Positions 59,639 through 64,000 of a stretch of DNA of 64,000 nucleotides are shown here, piece after piece. The notes beneath the pieces were generated by a model. That model had not been told where the DNA came from, ran no database searches, and was given only the letters and a program-made list of their open reading frames with translations. The position numbers and the translations under genes were made by a program. The stretch is taken from positions 1,426,001 to 1,490,000 of the forward strand of contig LSRY02000011.1 in the NCBI GenBank assembly GCA_001643675.2, read 5' to 3'. Within the stretch, counting starts at the first letter, position 1; each line of letters starts with the position of its first letter. This DNA is from Monocercomonoides exilis PA203. Taxonomy: Eukaryota; Protista; Preaxostyla.

Positions 59639-61176
59639 ATGCTAACTCATTCTCTTGATGAAGCTTTAGAATATGTTATGAAGGTTAATATTTTGAATGA
59701 GGACAAGGTGAGAGCCATGTGCGAACAAGTTAAAACAATTCTCCTTCAAGAATCCAATGTTAGGATTATCAATGCTCCGTGCACAATCGTTGGTGATATT
59801 CATGGGCAATTCCTAGATCTTCTTGAGATGTTTGAAATAGGTTTGATATTTTTGCTATGGCTTTCAAAATGAAAATTTGAGTTTTTACTAAAAAAGCTGG
59901 AAAATGTCCTTTTACAAATTTTCTATTTCTTGGGGATTATGTTGACCGTGGTCACCATTGTGTTTGAATAAATTATAGATTATAATTATATTAACGAAAT
60001 TTGATAATATTTTTATAGGTTGAAACAATAACACTTCTATTTCTTTTAAAGATAAGATATCCAGAACGAATAACTTTGCTTCGGGGAAATCACGAATGCA
60101 TGTCACTATCTTCTGTTTGCTCAAATTTGACACATAGTTTTGAGAAATCCTTGCTTTGCCATTTTTTTTTTAAAAAATAGAGTTATGGATTTTATACAGA
60201 ATGTAAGCAAAAATATGGAAGTTCTACAACGATTTGGAATTACTTTACCGATGCGTTTAATTTTCTTCCACTTGCGGCCATTGTTGGAGGAAGATTATTT
60301 TGCGTCCATGGAGGACTTTCACCAGATATCCAAACAATCGACCAAATTCGTATTCTCGATCGTTTTCAAGATATTCCGCACGAGGTATAATAAATTCACT
60401 TCAGACAATATTTTTAATTTTCAATTGTGCTTGTTTATATAATGATGCTTGCAATGCTCTTTATAAATGTAAATGGAAAGGGTCCGATGAATGATTTACT
60501 ATGGTCTGATCCAGATGAAAAGATTGATGGCTTTGCTCAATCAGAAAGGCATGGATATTATATTTATTTTTGTGGTTTATTCACTTTTTATCATATGTTA
60601 CTTCTTTTTTGGCAATTAAAAAAACATTTTTTTTCACAATGCTCTTTTAATAAACGACAATAATAAAAAATTATTTCTTGCAAAATTCAACAGAGGAGCA
60701 GGATATCTTTTTGGAAAAGATATTGTGAATGCATTTTTACATCGAAACAAGATGACACATATCATTCGAGCGCATCAGCTTTGTTATGAAGGATACAATG
60801 TATTCATCATTTTTATCTTTGATGATTTTTCGGGCGAAATTTATTTTTTTTTATTATTATCTACCAAATCGACATTAATTCTTTTTTTGATAATTCTTTC
60901 AATGCATTTTTTGGCTTTTCTCAGCTGCAATTTTATAACACAGTGGTGACTGTTTGGTCTGCTCCTGATTATTGCTACAGATGCAAAAATGTTGGAGCTG
61001 TCTTGGAGGTTGATGATGCACTAAGCATGTTTTTCAACACATTCTACAAATCTCCATACTCAGAAAGGTTATCTACAAGTGTGGCCGACTCAATAGCAAA
61101 AGAGTTCTCGTTTGATAGTGATCAAGATGATGATGGAAAATATTACCATCCTGAAAGAATGGGATTTTCAACATGA
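59639..61176 (+). CDS. PPP-family Ser/Thr phosphatase catalytic subunit, PP2A/PP4/PP6-related (Ppg1-like), about 7 exons
   Basis: GDIHGQ, GDYVDRG, LRGNHE, VHGGLSP, PHE|[25 protein letters not shown] and [11 protein letters not shown], assembled across introns. Confidence 0.93.
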
Positions 61177-61523
61177 ATTTTACAAGCAAGATTATGAATT
61201 TTCAAATGTTGTTTTCAATGAAGCAATGATAATGCATGGATATTTCGGTTTTCTCGTTCTTTCTTGACTTTGTCAAATTCATCACCAATATGTTAACGGA
61301 TAATAATATTTTTAAAATCATTCCCTTGTTGTTATATCAATTTATAGGCAAAACTGATGTTAAATAAAAAAATTCATTTTAAATCTGGATCATTTCAACT
61401 TTTTTCCAAAAGTTTTTGAGAAGTTTGGTCTTCAAATTTTTGAGAAATTAGATTAAAAGAGAATAAAATATTTTCATTCACAGAACTGAAATTTATTCAA
61501 ATAAGGCAAGATACATCAAGACT

Positions 61524-61526
<3 letters not shown>

Positions 61527-61560
<34 letters not shown>
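61527..61560. repeat. Poly-T tract
   Basis: Direct read. Confidence 0.9.
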
Positions 61561-61561
<1 letters not shown>

Positions 61562-61700
61562 ACATTAATGTGCAGTTGTTTGAAAGGTGACAAAAAAATA
61601 TTTTTGATTGATCGTTGAGGAAAGTTTGAAAAAATTTGAACTAAATAATTGTCCCATATGAAATCAAATTTTTCGATTTGGAATTATGATCTTTCGAATT

Positions 61701-61905
61701 GGCTGATCCTTTTTGAAATCAGACTTTCGTTCGAGTTTTGATCAAATTTTTTATCTCAATGGGATAAAGAATAAAATATATTTCCTCTAAGACATCGTCA
61801 TAAGATGTTTGGATTATCCAATGAAGTTCATTTTTTCAAAATCCCATTGGAACAAAATTTTTGATCAAAACTCGAACGAAAGAATGATTTCAAAAAGGAT
61901 CAACC
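61701..61905. mobile_element. MITE family A, copy 2
   Basis: GGCTGATCCTTTTTGAAATCAGACTTTCGTTCGAGTTTTGATCAAA with inverted TTTGATCAAAACTCGAACGAAAGAATGATTTCAAAAAGGATCAACC. Homologous to 21675-21883. Confidence 0.85.
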
Positions 61906-61998
61906 TATTTTAATTTTTTATTCTTAATTTGAATTATTTTTGGTGTATTTTTCCAAAAAAAAAAAAAAAAAAAACCTTCGCTTTTATCTTATTTCATA

Positions 61999-62703
61999 CT
62001 CCAAAAATTATTCAAGATAGAAAAACTTTAATTCAAAACTGAAAAAGTTTAAAACAACATCGAAATACTTTAATTCAACATCGAAAATTTTTATTCAAAA
62101 TCGAAAAAGAAGTTAATTAGTTCAGAATATCAATTAAAGTCAAAACCAAAAAAGTTTTATTGAAACGAATGTAAATAGCAACAAATGTTTATTTATTGAA
62201 ATTGTTTTTCTTTCGTTTTTAACAACTGTTTTCTTCGATATAAACTGATATCAATCGATTCTTTTCTCATTTTGAGTATTGAATATGATATATTTAATCA
62301 GTTTCCAATGCAAAAAATGAAATACAAAACATTTCGTTTTCAATATATGAGATAAATTTCTGTCTTTTTGTGCACAAAACAAGATCATGAACTATCATAT
62401 CACTTTTATTTTTTTGCAAAAATTGCTAATTATATTCTGAGCACATGTGAAGAATAAAAAAATTGAATATTTTTTTATATTCACGCTTTTGAATACAATC
62501 AAACACTAAAATAAAGATCAAAAAATATTTTTCTAATTGAAATTGACAAATTTCTCAGATCAATAACTGAGAGAAAAGAGACTGACATGAGAAAAAATTT
62601 TTTAAATTTTTTTAAAAATTTTTGATGATAAAGAATTTTCGATGTTGAATAAAGTATTTTCGATCTTGAATTAAACTTTTTCGATGTTGAATAATTTTTG
62701 GTG
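61999..62703. mobile_element. Foldback-like non-autonomous element: TA-flanked TIRs C(T/A)CCAAAAATTATTCAA followed by inverted arrays of a about 21-bp unit (TTCAACATCGAAAAAGTTTAA)
   Basis: About 5 units at 62010-62108 and about 3 inverted units at 62635-62692, with TA at 61997-61998 and 62704-62705. A further right-end fragment GAATTATTTTTGGTGTA lies at 61931-61947. Confidence 0.75.
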
Positions 62704-63093
62704 TATTCTTTAAACACAAAACTTCAAAAAATGGAAAGTGGTTTTCATTCTGCTTTTGTTTCAATTTTTCGCCATGACAAACCATTTCCAAATATCACTG
62801 ATAGATTGAAAAAGGGTTTATAAAATCAATTTGATTGTTTTTTAAATAATATTTTTTGAAAAAAAAAATAATCTGCAGATATATGAAACGAAATAGCTCG
62901 TTGATTCCTTTCGAAAACAACGAACAGTTTACGGACTTTAAATCTTATATCTGTAAATATATAATTTCCATTCATTTGAGCATAACAACTTCATTTATCG
63001 AACGAGAATATAAAAAACTGAAAACTTCTTTCATTCCATTACCTCATTTCCCATAAAAATTCTTGCATTTTGGTTAATTGCGCTTCATAAATT

Positions 63094-64000
63094 TCATGTT
63101 GAAACAGTGAAAGCATTACTTATACATTTTTCAGTTCCACTTTCATCTCCATCTGAATCCTCTTCCAGATCAACAGCATCAGAAATTGTGAAAATAACTG
63201 TTCCAGCTGGAAATAACTGAATTAATTCTCTCTTTATATTACTTAGCTTCGGCCTGTTTTCATCTTTCTGTTCGATGCAGCACTTTGTCAATTGATATAG
63301 CTTTGACTCACCCAAAATTTCCATCTTTGGCCTTTCTCCTTTCACAATCTTCTGTCCAGCAATCTCTGCCTCATACTCTCCAAATGGGATCTGAAGGGTT
63401 AGGCACTCCCACAGCATCATCCCAATTGAAAATGCAACTGACTCCTTGGTTGCTCCCATCTTCTTGTTCATCAGCAGCTCAGGCGCCATCCATCTCAAAC
63501 ACTCTTTTTTGAAACTATCTTCTTCCTCAAATGCTGATGAGGGCAGAGAGTCGCTTTCATCATCACCACTTGCAGATGTGACAACAGTTGATGAAGAAAT
63601 AGATGAAGAATCTGAATCATCATCGGACAATAAGTCTGAATGCATCACAATGCAGATCACCATATGCTCGGAGAACAGAACAATATGCGGACTCAGATTG
63701 GCCAATGATTGAAGTGGGTTTTCCATTTCGTCAAATGAGTGGAGTGCACCGTTCGCCACCCAGAACAAGACCTGGGCAGCTGTCACCTCCCTCTCCTGCA
63801 AACTTCCAATTGCCATCTCCTTCTTCTCGTTCCTTCCATGAAGCAGCATGAACAGCGAATCCCTCAGATCCACAATCAGCTTCTCATGAGGAGATGAGCA
63901 GGCCATGGCATCCACCAGATTCGACATGGATGAGGTGGTTGGACACAGATCCTCTCCTCGAACAAATGTTGAATCTGAATCAGTTGTTGAAGTGGATGAG
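63094..64000 (-). CDS. 3' end (cytoplasmic pseudokinase part) of a second giant receptor-like paralogue; runs off the window
   Basis: Protein nearly identical to the C-terminal region of 22913-30979 (MSNLVDAMACSSPHEKLIVDLRDSLFMLLHGRNEKKEMAIG..LRWMAPE). Confidence 0.9.
   Translation of the reverse strand, partial: SSTSTTDSDSTFVRGEDLCPTTSSMSNLVDAMACSSPHEKLIVDLRDSLFMLLHGRNEKKEMAIGSLQEREVTAAQVLFWVANGALHSFDEMENPLQSLANLSPHIVLFSEHMVICIVMHSDLLSDDDSDSSSISSSTVVTSASGDDESDSLPSSAFEEEDSFKKECLRWMAPELLMNKKMGATKESVAFSIGMMLWECLTLQIPFGEYEAEIAGQKIVKGERPKMEILGESKLYQLTKCCIEQKDENRPKLSNIKRELIQLFPAGTVIFTISDAVDLEEDSDGDESGTEKCISNAFTVST

Noticed and set aside
62010-62108. Regular 21-bp repeats as a CRISPR-like array
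   Set aside because: The units are contiguous with no unique spacers, there are no cas genes, the context is eukaryotic, and the units are mirrored at the other end of a TIR element.

Overview
Eukaryotic genomic DNA: AT-rich, intron-containing, standard genetic code, short GT-AG introns with many GTTTG/GTGTG donors, and many poly-Ser/poly-Glu tracts. Gene families and composition point to an oxymonad/metamonad protist, probably Monocercomonoides-like (inference from recognition, no database search). Conserved genes: tRNA-Leu(AAG), a FAR-17a/AIG1-like membrane protein, an ARM-like protein, an OSCA/TMEM63-like channel, Cdc14, SERP1/RAMP4, myotubularin, a type II phosphatidylserine decarboxylase, a membrane metallophosphoesterase and a PP2A-related (Ppg1-like) phosphatase. 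Accessory content: one intact intron-containing pogo/Fot1-like DD35D transposase whose repeat-bearing end abuts the tRNA gene, a decayed second transposase, several TIR-bounded MITE/foldback elements, a GC-rich frameshifted pseudokinase fragment, and pseudogenes of expanded families. The best candidate for an undescribed system is two paralogues of a giant single-pass receptor pseudokinase with a beta-helix-like ectodomain and a highly similar cytoplasmic tail, each with the same MITE family about 1 kb downstream. The next best is the tRNA-adjacent transposon.
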